64,000 nt of DNA from Spirochaetota bacterium (GCA_043803405.1 JAZDKB010000004.1:128001-192000); one strand, 5' to 3'; positions 9,880 to 20,417 are shown, counted from the stretch's first letter. Program-made: numbers and translations. The notes: generated from the letters alone by a model not told the origin.

Positions 9880-10736
9880 TGTTTTTTAAAATAATTAATA
9901 TTAGTGTGTTATTAATATTTTTATTAAATACAAAAATTATTGCATCCGAAAATGAATTAATCAGACTCGCTCAGACATTTAACCGTAATGGCGAATATTA
10001 CAATGCAATTACCGAAACAATGCGATATCAATATCTGTATCCGAACGGGGTATATTATCCTCTTAGTATGCTGATACAAAGCGAAGCATTTTATAAAGGA
10101 GGGAACTACAGCAAAGCAATATACACTCTTTCGGAATGTCACGAAAAATTTAAAAATACCCCTGAGGGCGAAAAAGCATTTTATAAAACCGGCTACATTC
10201 AGCTAGCTATCGGAAATCCACATCTGGCATTTCGAAAATTTCAGGAATATAATTATTTATATAAAGACGGAAGCTACATAGAAGACATTTCCCGCGATTT
10301 ATGCTATACATTGGCGCTTATGAAAGATATGAAAGAAGCGAAAAGTTTAATCGGGCAGTACGAAGAAACTTACTCCGGGGGGAAATATCTCCAGGAGATA
10401 AAGGATCTGCAATTACTTATAGACGAAGAGATTAACAGGCCGAAAAAAAGCGTCTGGGTGTCCGTGCTCGGATCAATTGCTCTACCAGGCTTCGGACATT
10501 TTTATACGGGTCAATATTATACCGGAATGTTATCCCTGGTCTCCAACGCTGTTTTAATATATCTTTTTTATGACGGATACAGAGACCGGAATAAACTAAG
10601 AATGATACTTTTCGGGGTGACTGAATTTTCATTTTATCAATATTCCCTGTATTCGGCAGTAAGAAATGTTTATGAATATAACAGCAGCGAAAATTTTTAC
10701 AAATCGGTTCAGCTGAGCGCGGAAAAGGAATTTTAA
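9879..10736 (+). CDS. TPR (BamD/YbgF-like) protein with C-terminal TM2-like domain
   Basis: TPR repeats, SIALPGFGHFYTG motif; start overlaps the upstream stop (TAATG). Confidence 0.75.
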   Translation: MFFKIINISVLLIFLLNTKIIASENELIRLAQTFNRNGEYYNAITETMRYQYLYPNGVYYPLSMLIQSEAFYKGGNYSKAIYTLSECHEKFKNTPEGEKAFYKTGYIQLAIGNPHLAFRKFQEYNYLYKDGSYIEDISRDLCYTLALMKDMKEAKSLIGQYEETYSGGKYLQEIKDLQLLIDEEINRPKKSVWVSVLGSIALPGFGHFYTGQYYTGMLSLVSNAVLIYLFYDGYRDRNKLRMILFGVTEFSFYQYSLYSAVRNVYEYNSSENFYKSVQLSAEKEF

Positions 10737-10737
10737 A

Positions 10738-11379
10738 ATGGATAATCTTGAATTAAAAAAAGGCCTGGATTCAATAGTACTTGAAAAGGCCGACTTTTTA
10801 TTAATTGAAAAACTGATAAAGGAAGAGAAGGATCTTGAAGCAGTTGCCAATATTATCCTGGAAGGAGCTTATAAAAGTTTTGATATTTTAAAAAAAGATT
10901 CTATCGAGAGATTTCTGGATTTCGTAATAATAAAGGTCAGAACAGGCAGCTATCATATTCCTTCACTGGCATTCCCTACGCGCAGAATGTCCGATAAACA
11001 ACTGGAAGAAAAAATTATTAAACTGATAAATATTTATTTGAATCCGGAAATAATTTTCCCGATGCTTAAATATTTTGCCAGAAATATTAAGGATTCGGAC
11101 AAGAATTTATACCTTGCTTATTTAATAAATTCGGATGATATTATTAAAGCAATATTCGATACTTTTTTGCTCTTTAAAAAAGATATTTATATTGCAGATG
11201 TAAAAAAGAGGACTTTAAATGTAAAAAAGATTCAGCAGTTTCCTCCGACTGTTGATCCGGGCGTTTCATCCCCGCTGGATACTTGTTGCAGGTTTAAATA
11301 TATTCTGGAGTTTATTGCATTAAAGCAAAATGTGGAGCATATCTATACTTCGGAGCAAATTAAAGTCGGCAATAAATAA
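10738..11379 (+). CDS. Hypothetical protein
   Basis: 213-aa ORF with 1-2 nt gaps to its neighbours; no recognised motif. Confidence 0.7.
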   Translation: MDNLELKKGLDSIVLEKADFLLIEKLIKEEKDLEAVANIILEGAYKSFDILKKDSIERFLDFVIIKVRTGSYHIPSLAFPTRRMSDKQLEEKIIKLINIYLNPEIIFPMLKYFARNIKDSDKNLYLAYLINSDDIIKAIFDTFLLFKKDIYIADVKKRTLNVKKIQQFPPTVDPGVSSPLDTCCRFKYILEFIALKQNVEHIYTSEQIKVGNK

Positions 11380-11381
11380 GC

Positions 11382-12032
11382 ATGAATTTAATAGTTAATG
11401 AAATATTTTACTCTATACAGGGAGAAACCAGCAGAGCAGGTTTTCCCAGCCTCTTTATAAGAATGGCAGGGTGTAATTTGCAATGCCCATACTGCGACAC
11501 TGTTTATGCGCGGTCGCTGTCATCAGGTAAAGAAATGCCGGTTGAAGATATAATAGAAAAAGCAAAGACATATAGGTATTTCGATCACATTACTATTACA
11601 GGCGGCGAGCCTTTAATGCAGCCCGAATCAATCCGTCTCATGCAAATGCTTCTCTGGACGGGATTCGATGTTCAACTGGAAACAAACGGAAGTATATCGT
11701 TAAAAGACGTGCCGGGAAAGGTAAGGAAGATCGCGGACGTAAAGACTCCGTCCAGCGGACATCCATCATCCTTTCTTATGGAAAATTTAAAATATTTGCA
11801 AAAGCCGGATGAATTAAAATTTGTTATATTAGATACACAAGATTATAATTTTTCAGTTGAATTCATTAAGAATAATTGTAAAGATAAAGATATTGTTATA
11901 AATTTTTCACCTGTTTTCGGATCATTCCCGGGGCATAAGCTTGCTGAGTTAATTCTAGTTGACAGGCTTCCTGTCAGGTTGAATCTTCAGCTTCATAAAA
12001 TTCTTTGGGCCGACGAGCCGAAAACAAATTAG
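11382..12032 (+). CDS. queE: 7-carboxy-7-deazaguanine synthase (radical SAM)
   Basis: EIFYSIQGE, CNLQCPYCDT, TGGEP, ETNGS, LQLHK motifs. Confidence 0.9.
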   Translation: MNLIVNEIFYSIQGETSRAGFPSLFIRMAGCNLQCPYCDTVYARSLSSGKEMPVEDIIEKAKTYRYFDHITITGGEPLMQPESIRLMQMLLWTGFDVQLETNGSISLKDVPGKVRKIADVKTPSSGHPSSFLMENLKYLQKPDELKFVILDTQDYNFSVEFIKNNCKDKDIVINFSPVFGSFPGHKLAELILVDRLPVRLNLQLHKILWADEPKTN

Positions 12033-12045
12033 GAGATAATGCTTT

Positions 12046-12924
12046 ATGGATTATATAGGATCAATATACCGTCCGCCAAGCGAAGCGTACAGCATGATTA
12101 TACAGGCCGCTGTCGGATGTTCTCATAACCAATGCACATTCTGCAGTTCTTTTAAAGCAAAAAAGTTTTTCATTAAGGATATGAAAAGAATTAAAGCAGA
12201 TATTGATGAAGCGGCAATGTATAATAACAGGTTCGAAAAAGTCTTTCTTGCTGACGGAGATGTGCTTATTCTCCCTACTGCCGAACTGCTTGAGATAATG
12301 CATTACATTAAAAAGAGATGTCCGCAGGTTACCAGGATCGGGAGTTACGCGAATGTAAAAGCGATACTTAAAAAAACGCCGGCCGAGCTGAAAGAGCTGA
12401 AGGATGCCGGGCTGGGTATTGTATACCAGGGAATTGAAAGCGGCAATAAAGAAGTGCTTAAAAGAATTAAGAAGGGAGCCTTCCCTCATAAACAGAAAGA
12501 AACTGCCGATAAAATAAAAACTGCCGGGATTCTTCTTTCGCAAACAGTGATTCTGGGCATTGGCGGCGTGGAGCTAAGCCGCGAACATGCGATCGATACA
12601 GGCAAGCATTTGGGCGATATGTCGCCGAATTTTGCATCTGCGCTTACTGTTATAATCGAGCCTCAAGCTGAGCTTTATCAGCAGGTTAAGTCCGGGGAGT
12701 TTAAAATTCCGGATAAATTCGGCTTGCTAACAGAGCTTAAACTTATACTGGAGAACATGGATGTAAAGAATGACTGTTTTTTTACTTCTAATCATGCGTC
12801 CAATTATCTTCCGGTAAAAGCTTTTCTCCCAAAAGAGAAAGATGAGGTTGTTGCGCTTCTCGATAAAGTTATCAAATCAGCTGATCCCGGCATGTTAAGG
12901 CCGGAATACATGAGAGCCTTATAA
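12046..12924 (+). CDS. Radical SAM protein of unknown function
   Basis: YRPPSEA, GCSHNQCTFC, FLADGD, SNHASNY motifs. Confidence 0.9.
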   Translation: MDYIGSIYRPPSEAYSMIIQAAVGCSHNQCTFCSSFKAKKFFIKDMKRIKADIDEAAMYNNRFEKVFLADGDVLILPTAELLEIMHYIKKRCPQVTRIGSYANVKAILKKTPAELKELKDAGLGIVYQGIESGNKEVLKRIKKGAFPHKQKETADKIKTAGILLSQTVILGIGGVELSREHAIDTGKHLGDMSPNFASALTVIIEPQAELYQQVKSGEFKIPDKFGLLTELKLILENMDVKNDCFFTSNHASNYLPVKAFLPKEKDEVVALLDKVIKSADPGMLRPEYMRAL

Positions 12925-13090
12925 TTGATTCAAAGAAGAGTCTTTTCACTAGATAATATCCTTCTAACTTATTATTATAGGGTAATGTTTAAGTTACTGG
13001 AATTGGTTCTAAGTAGAAAAGCGTATTATTTATTCCCCGCTTAACAGGCTGGGGATACAATTTATAATTCCAATGTCAGGGTGAAAAGAT

Positions 13091-13255
13091 ATGTCCGATA
13101 AATCAATGGAAGAAACAATAAGATTCATAAGCGCGGAATTAAATGCGAATCCGGATGCAGACAGGATAAAGTTGATTGAAAAAGCCAGCCAGGAATTCGA
13201 TCTTAATCCATTGCAGACAGATTTTTTAATGAATAAATACGTTTATAACAAATAA
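13091..13255 (+). CDS. Small hypothetical protein (54 aa), below the ORF-track cutoff
   Basis: MSDKSMEETIRFISAELNANPDADRIKLIEKASQEFDLNPLQTDFLMNKYVYNK; its stop overlaps the next ATG (TAATG). Confidence 0.75.
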   Translation: MSDKSMEETIRFISAELNANPDADRIKLIEKASQEFDLNPLQTDFLMNKYVYNK

Positions 13256-13587
13256 TGAATAAAAGAAAAATAATTATATTACTGGTATTTATTATCAGTC
13301 TTTCTGCGTGTCAGGATTATGACGTTACCGGAAAGATTGTTATCGAATACGATAACGCATGGACAGCAGTAATCTCGCAGAATCGTACCGAGAGCAATGT
13401 GAGCGGCAACGGCAACCGGGAATACAGCTTTACGAATCCTGATAGTTTATCAGTTACTGCCTCAAAGCAGGATGATTCTCAAAACAAACTCACAGTGTTT
13501 ATTTACGAAGATGAAAGAATAACAGCCGCAGCTTCGACAAGAGAACCGCAGGGCAGCGTAAGAGCTGAATACGAATTTCCGTATTAA
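13255..13587 (+). CDS. Small lipoprotein
   Basis: Lipobox LSAC after a hydrophobic signal peptide. Confidence 0.8.
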   Translation: MNKRKIIILLVFIISLSACQDYDVTGKIVIEYDNAWTAVISQNRTESNVSGNGNREYSFTNPDSLSVTASKQDDSQNKLTVFIYEDERITAAASTREPQGSVRAEYEFPY

Positions 13588-13670
13588 TATTTTTGTAATA
13601 TTCATGCATCTGCCGGTAAATCAAGTTTACAGATTAATCGGAAATAGATTTATTAATAAAATAATTCCTC

Positions 13671-13699
13671 TTGACATTCGTATTTTTTTCGCGTAGAAT
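13671..13699 (+). promoter_or_regulatory. Sigma70-type promoter for the DUF4912-GH57 operon
   Basis: TTGACA-17 nt-TAGAAT. Confidence 0.7.
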
Positions 13700-13813
13700 A
13701 TTTTACTCCAGCCGACAATTTCATGTGAGTAAATCAAAAATTTTTTATTACCGGTGAGTGACCTTGTTTTTGCTTTGATCCATTCATTATAAGTTACCAA
13801 GGAGTAATACAAT

Positions 13814-14290
13814 ATGGAATTAAAAATTAAAAGAGATAAAAAGCAAAAAGAAACCAGTTATTTTATTGCACTTTTAAAAAAAAGAGACCTTATATTTCTA
13901 TCATGGAAAATCGACAATCCTAAGTGGAAAAAGCGGATTGAAATAGCGCAGACAGACCCTTCCATGAAAGAATTCCTGTTTGTTGACATAGTTTCAGTTG
14001 AGAAAAAGAAGCATAACAAAATCGACACCATACCTGTTTTCGGTCTGGAAAATAACTGGCATATTTTCGTTAAAAAGGAATATCACGGAAAACGATTAAT
14101 ATTTAATCTTTCATATCGCGATAAAAAAGGTAAATTTTCCGACTTGCTGAACTCTATTGAAATAGATATACCTCTGGCTTTGGAGGATATTGAAGCTGAT
14201 CAGACACTATTCGAAGAAAAAAGCATTTTGATGGAATTATCGGAAATAAATTCCGCCATATTATCCGGTTCGCAAAATTCGTCATGGTAA
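13814..14290 (+). CDS. DUF4912-like protein
   Basis: Located upstream of GH57; LSWKI...NNWHI pattern and C-terminal SSW. Confidence 0.55.
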   Translation: MELKIKRDKKQKETSYFIALLKKRDLIFLSWKIDNPKWKKRIEIAQTDPSMKEFLFVDIVSVEKKKHNKIDTIPVFGLENNWHIFVKKEYHGKRLIFNLSYRDKKGKFSDLLNSIEIDIPLALEDIEADQTLFEEKSILMELSEINSAILSGSQNSSW

Positions 14291-14296
14291 GTTAAA

Positions 14297-15826
14297 ATGA
14301 ATGGTTCAACGCATGTTAAGGTTGTGCTCGCTCTGCATGCACATCTTCCTTATATAAGAATTCCTGATAGAAAATTCCCCTTGCAGGAATTGTGGCTTTT
14401 CCAGGCCATTACCGAAACTTATATCCCGCTTCTTCAGTGCTTTAATGAGCTAATTGAAGAGAAAATCAGCTTTAACATTACAATTTCACTAAGCCCAACT
14501 TTAATTTCAATGCTCTCGGACGAATATTATAAAAGAAAGTACCACCAATATCTGGGAATGATGCTGGAGCTTTTACGAAAAAAAAGCGCTAATTCAAACG
14601 GTGAGGAGAAGTCTTCTTTACTTTCTCTGCTTAATAACTTACAGTCCGTATCAAATTATTACATCGAAATTAAAGAGGATATTTTACGCGAACTCCGGAA
14701 ATTATCGGAAAGCGGCCATATCAATCTTATAACGACTTCCGCCACGCACGCCTTGCTACCGCTTTTCAGATTCAGCGAAGACTTTATCGGCAGCCAGATC
14801 GGCATTGGACAGGCCGTTTTTGAGAAGGCGTTTGGTTTCGTGCCCGAAGGTTTTTGGCTGCCGGAGATGGGATATTGTGCCAACCTGGATAAAATGCTTG
14901 GCCGCTTTAACATCAAATATACTTTTCTTGAAGCGCACAGCGTGTACCTTACAAAAGGCAGTCCTTCCTATGGGAATTTTTATCCTTCAATTACGGAGTC
15001 CGGTTTAAAAATATTCCCGCGGGAGCTTCATCTTTCCAATGTAATATGGTCTGCAAAGAGCGGATATCCCGGCGACCCCAGGTACCGTGAATTTCATTTC
15101 GATTATATTTACTCGCTGAGCGATACCGAGCTTAACGAGTTCGGACTGGACAGGATCCCGTTCGGCTTAAAGATTTACAAAATAACAGGCGGCGAAAAGC
15201 CTAAGGAATTTTATAATAACAGAGAAGCTGCTGAAACAGCCCGTGCGCATGCAGACGATTTTGTCGCCAGGATAAGGGAGCGTGCGGCAACTGTGCGCAG
15301 GCACATGCACAGGAATCCTGTATTTACTCTGCCTTTTGATGCCGAACTTTTCGGGCACTGGTGGTACGAGGGGCCTGTGTTTTTAAAACACGTCATTAGG
15401 AATATCGCATCATCTCCGGATATTGATCTTATTCAACCCGCTGATATTAACGGCAGTGAGCTTGATATTGTCGCGCCTGCGGAGTCTTCATGGGGACGCG
15501 GCGGATACTTTAAATCGTGGATAAACCCCGAATGCTCGTGGATATATCCGAAGCTTGCACTGCTTGACGCCCGTTACAAGAACATTATAAGCGATAAAGT
15601 TAGCGAAGCTTCCGCGCAGGCAATAAAAGAGCTGTTGCTTGCGTCATCTTCGGACTGGCCGTTCTTAATCGCAAACGAGACATCCGTAGACTACGGCAGG
15701 ATGAGGCTTGAGGACCATATCAATACTGCAAAAAAAATTCTGGACGAAATAGAAGCAGGCAATGTCGATGAGAAATTTTTACATGAAAGAGCCTCGCTTT
15801 ATCCTCTGTTCGGGCATTTGCATTAA
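14297..15826 (+). CDS. GH57 1,4-alpha-glucan branching enzyme
   Basis: HAHLPY, ETYIPLL, GFWLPE, FDAELFGHWWYEG, SSDWPF motifs. Confidence 0.92.
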   Translation: MNGSTHVKVVLALHAHLPYIRIPDRKFPLQELWLFQAITETYIPLLQCFNELIEEKISFNITISLSPTLISMLSDEYYKRKYHQYLGMMLELLRKKSANSNGEEKSSLLSLLNNLQSVSNYYIEIKEDILRELRKLSESGHINLITTSATHALLPLFRFSEDFIGSQIGIGQAVFEKAFGFVPEGFWLPEMGYCANLDKMLGRFNIKYTFLEAHSVYLTKGSPSYGNFYPSITESGLKIFPRELHLSNVIWSAKSGYPGDPRYREFHFDYIYSLSDTELNEFGLDRIPFGLKIYKITGGEKPKEFYNNREAAETARAHADDFVARIRERAATVRRHMHRNPVFTLPFDAELFGHWWYEGPVFLKHVIRNIASSPDIDLIQPADINGSELDIVAPAESSWGRGGYFKSWINPECSWIYPKLALLDARYKNIISDKVSEASAQAIKELLLASSSDWPFLIANETSVDYGRMRLEDHINTAKKILDEIEAGNVDEKFLHERASLYPLFGHLH

Positions 15827-15888
15827 AAAAAGCTGATTGATATTTTTTTAAACTTATAAAAAAGTATTATAAATATCGAAATTCGTTT

Positions 15889-17466
15889 TTACTCAATCTT
15901 GAAATTCAAAACAAGTTCTTTCAGTTTTTTTGCGGTTTCCGCGATATCCATCGAGTTGCCCGATATCTCTTCGGAGCCGGTAGCGTTCGCCTGCGTAACG
16001 TCATTAACGGACGAGATCGATCTTACCATCTCATGCGAAGCAGTCTTTTGTTCTTCTGTCGCGGATTTTATCTCTTCCGATTTATCCCTTACCTTTTTAG
16101 TCTCTTCGTTGATTACTTTATTTGCTTCGAGCTGCTTGTTCATTTGATTGCTGATATTTTCCATAAGCTCGGCAATACTATTCACGCTCTTTAATATTTT
16201 GGTAATTGTGTCTGTTGTTTTGCTTACGTTTGTCTTTCCTTCGTTTATTTCTTTGTCGTTCGATTTTATTAATACGCTTATGTTGTTTGCACTTGACGTC
16301 GTCTTTTCCGCAAGCTTCGAGATCTCGTCAGCAACAACTGCGAAGCCTTTACCCGCATTGCCGGCTCTTGCCGCTTCAATTGCGGCATTAAGCGACAGAA
16401 GATTTATCTGATCCGAAATATCATTTATTATTTTTATAATGCTGCTCATTTCGCTTGAGCTGTCGCTTATTTTAGTCATGCTGGTGCTCATCGATCCCAG
16501 ATTTTTGTTGCCTGTTTTTACGTATTCAGTGATCCCCGATGTCAGGGTGAGCATATCTGCAATGTTGTTTTTTGTCTCAACAATAATTGCTGAAAACTCT
16601 TTCATCTTTTGCATCAGGGCTTCCATGCTCTGATTCTGAAAGTCCGCGCTGTTGAAAATGCTTTCCATCCCTGCGGTGATCTCTTCCACTGTCGCGGTTA
16701 TCTCTTCGGCTGAGGCTGCCTGCGTTTGCGAGTTTTCCGAAAACAGCGACGCAGCCTTTGAAAGTTCATTTGAAGACGAAGCAAGTTCCGACGAAGTGTT
16801 CTCAATGGTTTTTAAAAGCGACACGGTGTTAGTATACTGCTCGATGCTTTTGTTCGCATTTTCAGTTGAGTGCAATAACCCGCTTTCGAATGTTTTATTA
16901 ATAATAAGTAAGATAATAAATAGGGCGATTATAGCAATAAGGGAAACAGGGAAAAATTGCTTTTCAAGAAAAGTAGCCGGATTGGAAACCAGATTATTTA
17001 TCAGGCTAATAAATTCGGCATTCGCAATTAAAAGCAAAATGCCTGCTGTGAAGTAAACCGGCTTTGAGGAGAACAGAGCAGCAATAGCGATCATTGTAAT
17101 GTTAAAGTAAACGGGAAAGGTGGCGATTCCTGCGGGATTAAAGTCCCCCGCAGAAGCAAGCATCACTGCAACTGGGGGCGCAATGATATCAAGAACAAGC
17201 ATTATTGTAATAAAATTTCCTGCGAAAACATACCGGCCTGCTTTTAATAAAGCCAGATCAGCAATAAATATTATTAATGATATTGCAGAAAATATGAAAA
17301 AAATGTTTACCTGTAAATTGGAATTGATCAGAGATACGACTGAGAAACTTACTGCTGCAACAATTAATAATAAGTTCAGATATAATAAAAAGAATGCTTT
17401 CTGCTTAATTACGTAGGAGGTGTTATCATATCTGCCCAGAAAGAAGTTTTTCAGAATACGATTCAT
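15889..17466 (-). CDS. Methyl-accepting chemotaxis protein with multi-pass membrane N-terminus
   Basis: [25 protein letters not shown] hairpin motif; about 6 TM helices. Confidence 0.93.
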   Translation of the reverse strand: MNRILKNFFLGRYDNTSYVIKQKAFFLLYLNLLLIVAAVSFSVVSLINSNLQVNIFFIFSAISLIIFIADLALLKAGRYVFAGNFITIMLVLDIIAPPVAVMLASAGDFNPAGIATFPVYFNITMIAIAALFSSKPVYFTAGILLLIANAEFISLINNLVSNPATFLEKQFFPVSLIAIIALFIILLIINKTFESGLLHSTENANKSIEQYTNTVSLLKTIENTSSELASSSNELSKAASLFSENSQTQAASAEEITATVEEITAGMESIFNSADFQNQSMEALMQKMKEFSAIIVETKNNIADMLTLTSGITEYVKTGNKNLGSMSTSMTKISDSSSEMSSIIKIINDISDQINLLSLNAAIEAARAGNAGKGFAVVADEISKLAEKTTSSANNISVLIKSNDKEINEGKTNVSKTTDTITKILKSVNSIAELMENISNQMNKQLEANKVINEETKKVRDKSEEIKSATEEQKTASHEMVRSISSVNDVTQANATGSEEISGNSMDIAETAKKLKELVLNFKIE

Positions 17467-17658
17467 ATTAGCTCCGAAATTATATTTACAATAAAACAGA
17501 TTTTTATTCTATCCTTAATTAACAGTAAAGTCAATATAAAACAGGAAAAATACATTGACAGTCAGGCTTTGAAAATATTAATATTGATGACTTTATGAAA
17601 TGCTAAGCGAGTAGAAAAGAGTTAACTGACGTATTATTTTATTCTTTCGGACGAAGAA

Positions 17659-17712
17659 TCCCCCGGCCCGCTTCGCGATCCACCCCCTTTAATTAAAGAG
17701 GGTATAGGGGGA
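17659..17712. repeat. GC-rich imperfect palindrome upstream of trpB
   Basis: TCCCCC...GGGGGA outer stem with inner CTTTAATTAAAG palindrome. Confidence 0.5.
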
Positions 17713-17787
17713 GCAGGAAAATTTTTTTATCAAACATTACATTAAATATATAATAGACTCGAATTCAAGTTATAAATAAACATTAGA

Positions 17788-19047
17788 ATGGCTATGAAAA
17801 ATAAAATAAAAATAAATCCTTTTAACACGGCAGGACATTTCGGGCAATTCGGCGGGAGATACGTTCCTGAAATGCTGATTCCGGCTCTCGATCAGCTGGA
17901 AAAAGTTTACCTGAAAGCAAGGAAGGATAAAGGCTTTAAAGCCGAGTTTGAAAGTGTGCTGAAGAACTATTCGGGAAGGCCGACCCCGCTTTACTTTGCG
18001 GGGAACCTTACAAAGCAACTCAAGGGAGCAAAGATATACCTGAAACAGGAAGGCCTGGGACAGACAGGTTCGCATAAAATAAATAATGCGATCGGCCAGG
18101 CGATACTGGCAAAGCGAATGGGAAAGAAGCGCGTTATTGCCGAGACAGGCGCAGGACAGCACGGGCTTGCAACCGCTACAGTAGCGGCAAAGTTCGGCTT
18201 TGAATGTGAGATATTCATGGGGCTCACAGATATTAAGCGCCAGCGTCCTAATGTATTCTGGATGGAACAGCTGGGTGCAAAGGTGACACCTGTTACCACA
18301 GGCAACATGACTCTTAAAGACGCTGTCAACGAAGCCATTCGCAACTGGATTGAAACTCTCGACAGCACACATTTTTTAATAGGCTCGGTTTTAAGCGCGC
18401 ATCCTTATCCTGTTATGGTTCGCGACTTTCAGTCCGTAATAGGCAAAGAAGCTCTTGTGCAGATAAAGCAGGCTGAGGGGAGGCTCCCTGATTACCTGGT
18501 GGCGTGTGTGGGAGGCGGCAGCAACTCGATCGGGCTATTTTATCCTTTTTTGCAGTATGATAAAGTTAAGATGATAGGCGTGGAAGCAGGAGGCCGCAGC
18601 ATGAATCCGGGCGAGCATGCAGCGCGTTTTGCAAAAGGCAGGGAGGGCATCATTGAAGGTTACAGATCGCTCTTTCTGCAGAATGAAGACGGCCAGTCGC
18701 TCGAAACGCATTCAGTTGCGGCCGGTCTCGATTACATAGGAGTGGGGCCGGAGCACGCTTACTTAAACTCGATAGGACGGGTAAATTACGTAAACGCATC
18801 CGATGCAGAGGTGCTCGATGCGCTTCGGCTGCTTATCAAAACTGAGGGCATAATACCGGCACTCGAATCATCGCACGCGCTCGCTAAGGGCATAGAGCTT
18901 GCTAAAAAATTAAGCAAAAATAAAATTATAATAATCAATGTATCAGGCAGGGGCGATAAGGATATATTCCTTATCGCCGAAGCATTGAACGATAAGGAAT
19001 GGACTTCGTTTCTTAAATCAAAAGTTGAAGAGGCAGAAAAGAAATGA
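17788..19047 (+). CDS. trpB: Tryptophan synthase beta chain
   Basis: GSHKINNA (PLP lysine), AETGAGQHG, GGGSNS, VSGRGDKD. Confidence 0.97.
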   Translation: MAMKNKIKINPFNTAGHFGQFGGRYVPEMLIPALDQLEKVYLKARKDKGFKAEFESVLKNYSGRPTPLYFAGNLTKQLKGAKIYLKQEGLGQTGSHKINNAIGQAILAKRMGKKRVIAETGAGQHGLATATVAAKFGFECEIFMGLTDIKRQRPNVFWMEQLGAKVTPVTTGNMTLKDAVNEAIRNWIETLDSTHFLIGSVLSAHPYPVMVRDFQSVIGKEALVQIKQAEGRLPDYLVACVGGGSNSIGLFYPFLQYDKVKMIGVEAGGRSMNPGEHAARFAKGREGIIEGYRSLFLQNEDGQSLETHSVAAGLDYIGVGPEHAYLNSIGRVNYVNASDAEVLDALRLLIKTEGIIPALESSHALAKGIELAKKLSKNKIIIINVSGRGDKDIFLIAEALNDKEWTSFLKSKVEEAEKK

Positions 19048-19811
19048 ACATCCATAATACAAAAAAATCCCTAATGACGCACATTGTGCTTGGCTACCCG
19101 GACATGAACACGAATAAAGAGCTGATTAAAGTAATGTCCGATGCCGGCGTCGGCTATATCGAGATGCAAATCCCGTTCAGCGATCCCATTGCAGACGGCC
19201 CTACAATAGTAAACGCGAATCAGCAGGCATTAAAACACAACATTACATTAAAGGATTGCTTCGATTTCGCAGAAGATATGGCGTCATCATACAAAAATAT
19301 TAATTTTTTATTCATGTCGTATTATAATATATTGTTTAGCGCCGGCATTGAGAACTTTGTTAAAACAGTAAAGTCAGCAAATCTTTACGGTTTAATAATT
19401 CCGGATATTCCTTTTGAAGAAGACATGGAAGGATTTTTTCCAGCCTGCATTGAGAAGCATCTGAATGCAGTTTATGTGATCTCGCCCACAACGCCCGAAA
19501 CGCGTCTTAAGCGAATACGCAATGTTGTGTCCGGATTTGTGTACTGCACGTCGAGAATCGGCATCACGGGAGCGGATAAGAACCCTCACCGGAAGCTAGA
19601 GCAATACGTACGCAAAGCAAAGAGAATCCTGAATGTTCCGATCGCGGTCGGGTTCGGTATCGACAGCGCAGAGAAAGCTAAAGCAATATCAGGGTTCGCG
19701 GACATTATTGTTATCGGGAGCAAGGTCATAAACATGGTTAATCAATATGGCAGGGATTTCCAAAAACCGGTGTATGAGTTTTTGTATGAAGTTAAAAAAG
19801 CAATAACATAA
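19044..19811 (+). CDS. trpA: Tryptophan synthase alpha chain
   Basis: PFSDPIADGPTI, GITG, VGFGI; ATGA overlap with trpB. Confidence 0.96.
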   Translation: MNIHNTKKSLMTHIVLGYPDMNTNKELIKVMSDAGVGYIEMQIPFSDPIADGPTIVNANQQALKHNITLKDCFDFAEDMASSYKNINFLFMSYYNILFSAGIENFVKTVKSANLYGLIIPDIPFEEDMEGFFPACIEKHLNAVYVISPTTPETRLKRIRNVVSGFVYCTSRIGITGADKNPHRKLEQYVRKAKRILNVPIAVGFGIDSAEKAKAISGFADIIVIGSKVINMVNQYGRDFQKPVYEFLYEVKKAIT

Positions 19812-19828
19812 TACGCTTTTAATAATTT

Positions 19829-20194
19829 TTACTTAAAAACTATTTTTCTCATTCGTATGTTCATATCATTTACCACAATGAAATTCATTTGAGGATCATT
19901 TTTAATAATGAATAAAGCAGTTTTTATTTTTTCGAGTACATAATCCAGCGATTTCGGTTCTATTCTTAATAGAATAACACCATCAATTATATGTCTTGAT
20001 CTGAATACCAATTCTCCAAAATCTTTATCAAATGTGAGGATATAACCGCCATTTTGTTGAGCAATTTTTATAATTTCCTCATCTGAAATACCGGGTGAGT
20101 TTTCACTAATGCTGATGATCTCAGTGCCGTTTTTACGTAAATTTTGAACAGCTTTTAATGGAATATTTTCATCAGCTATTATTTTAATCTGCAT
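19829..20194 (-). CDS. DUF5615 PIN-like toxin
   Basis: ADENIP, SDEEI, LTFDKDFGEL motifs. Confidence 0.9.
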   Translation of the reverse strand: MQIKIIADENIPLKAVQNLRKNGTEIISISENSPGISDEEIIKIAQQNGGYILTFDKDFGELVFRSRHIIDGVILLRIEPKSLDYVLEKIKTALFIIKNDPQMNFIVVNDMNIRMRKIVFK

Positions 20195-20195
20195 T

Positions 20196-20417
20196 TTACA
20201 TTATTAAAACTTTTTCATCTTTGAGTACGTATGAAGCATATTCAAGACAGGCCGTAATATCTTCAGCTTTTAACTGAGGATAGTTTTCGATTATTGCTTC
20301 AGAAGACCAATTCTTAGCAAGAAGATCAATGATAAAGTCAACTGAAATACGAGTACCCTTAATTATAGGTTTACCTGCAATAATCTTTTCATCTGTTTCA
20401 ATTCTTTCCTGCCACAT
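20196..20417 (-). CDS. DUF433 antitoxin
   Basis: GKPIIKGTRISV, YPQL..EDI.ACL.YA; likely start ATG 20417 with AAGGGG RBS. Confidence 0.9.
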   Translation of the reverse strand: MWQERIETDEKIIAGKPIIKGTRISVDFIIDLLAKNWSSEAIIENYPQLKAEDITACLEYASYVLKDEKVLIM

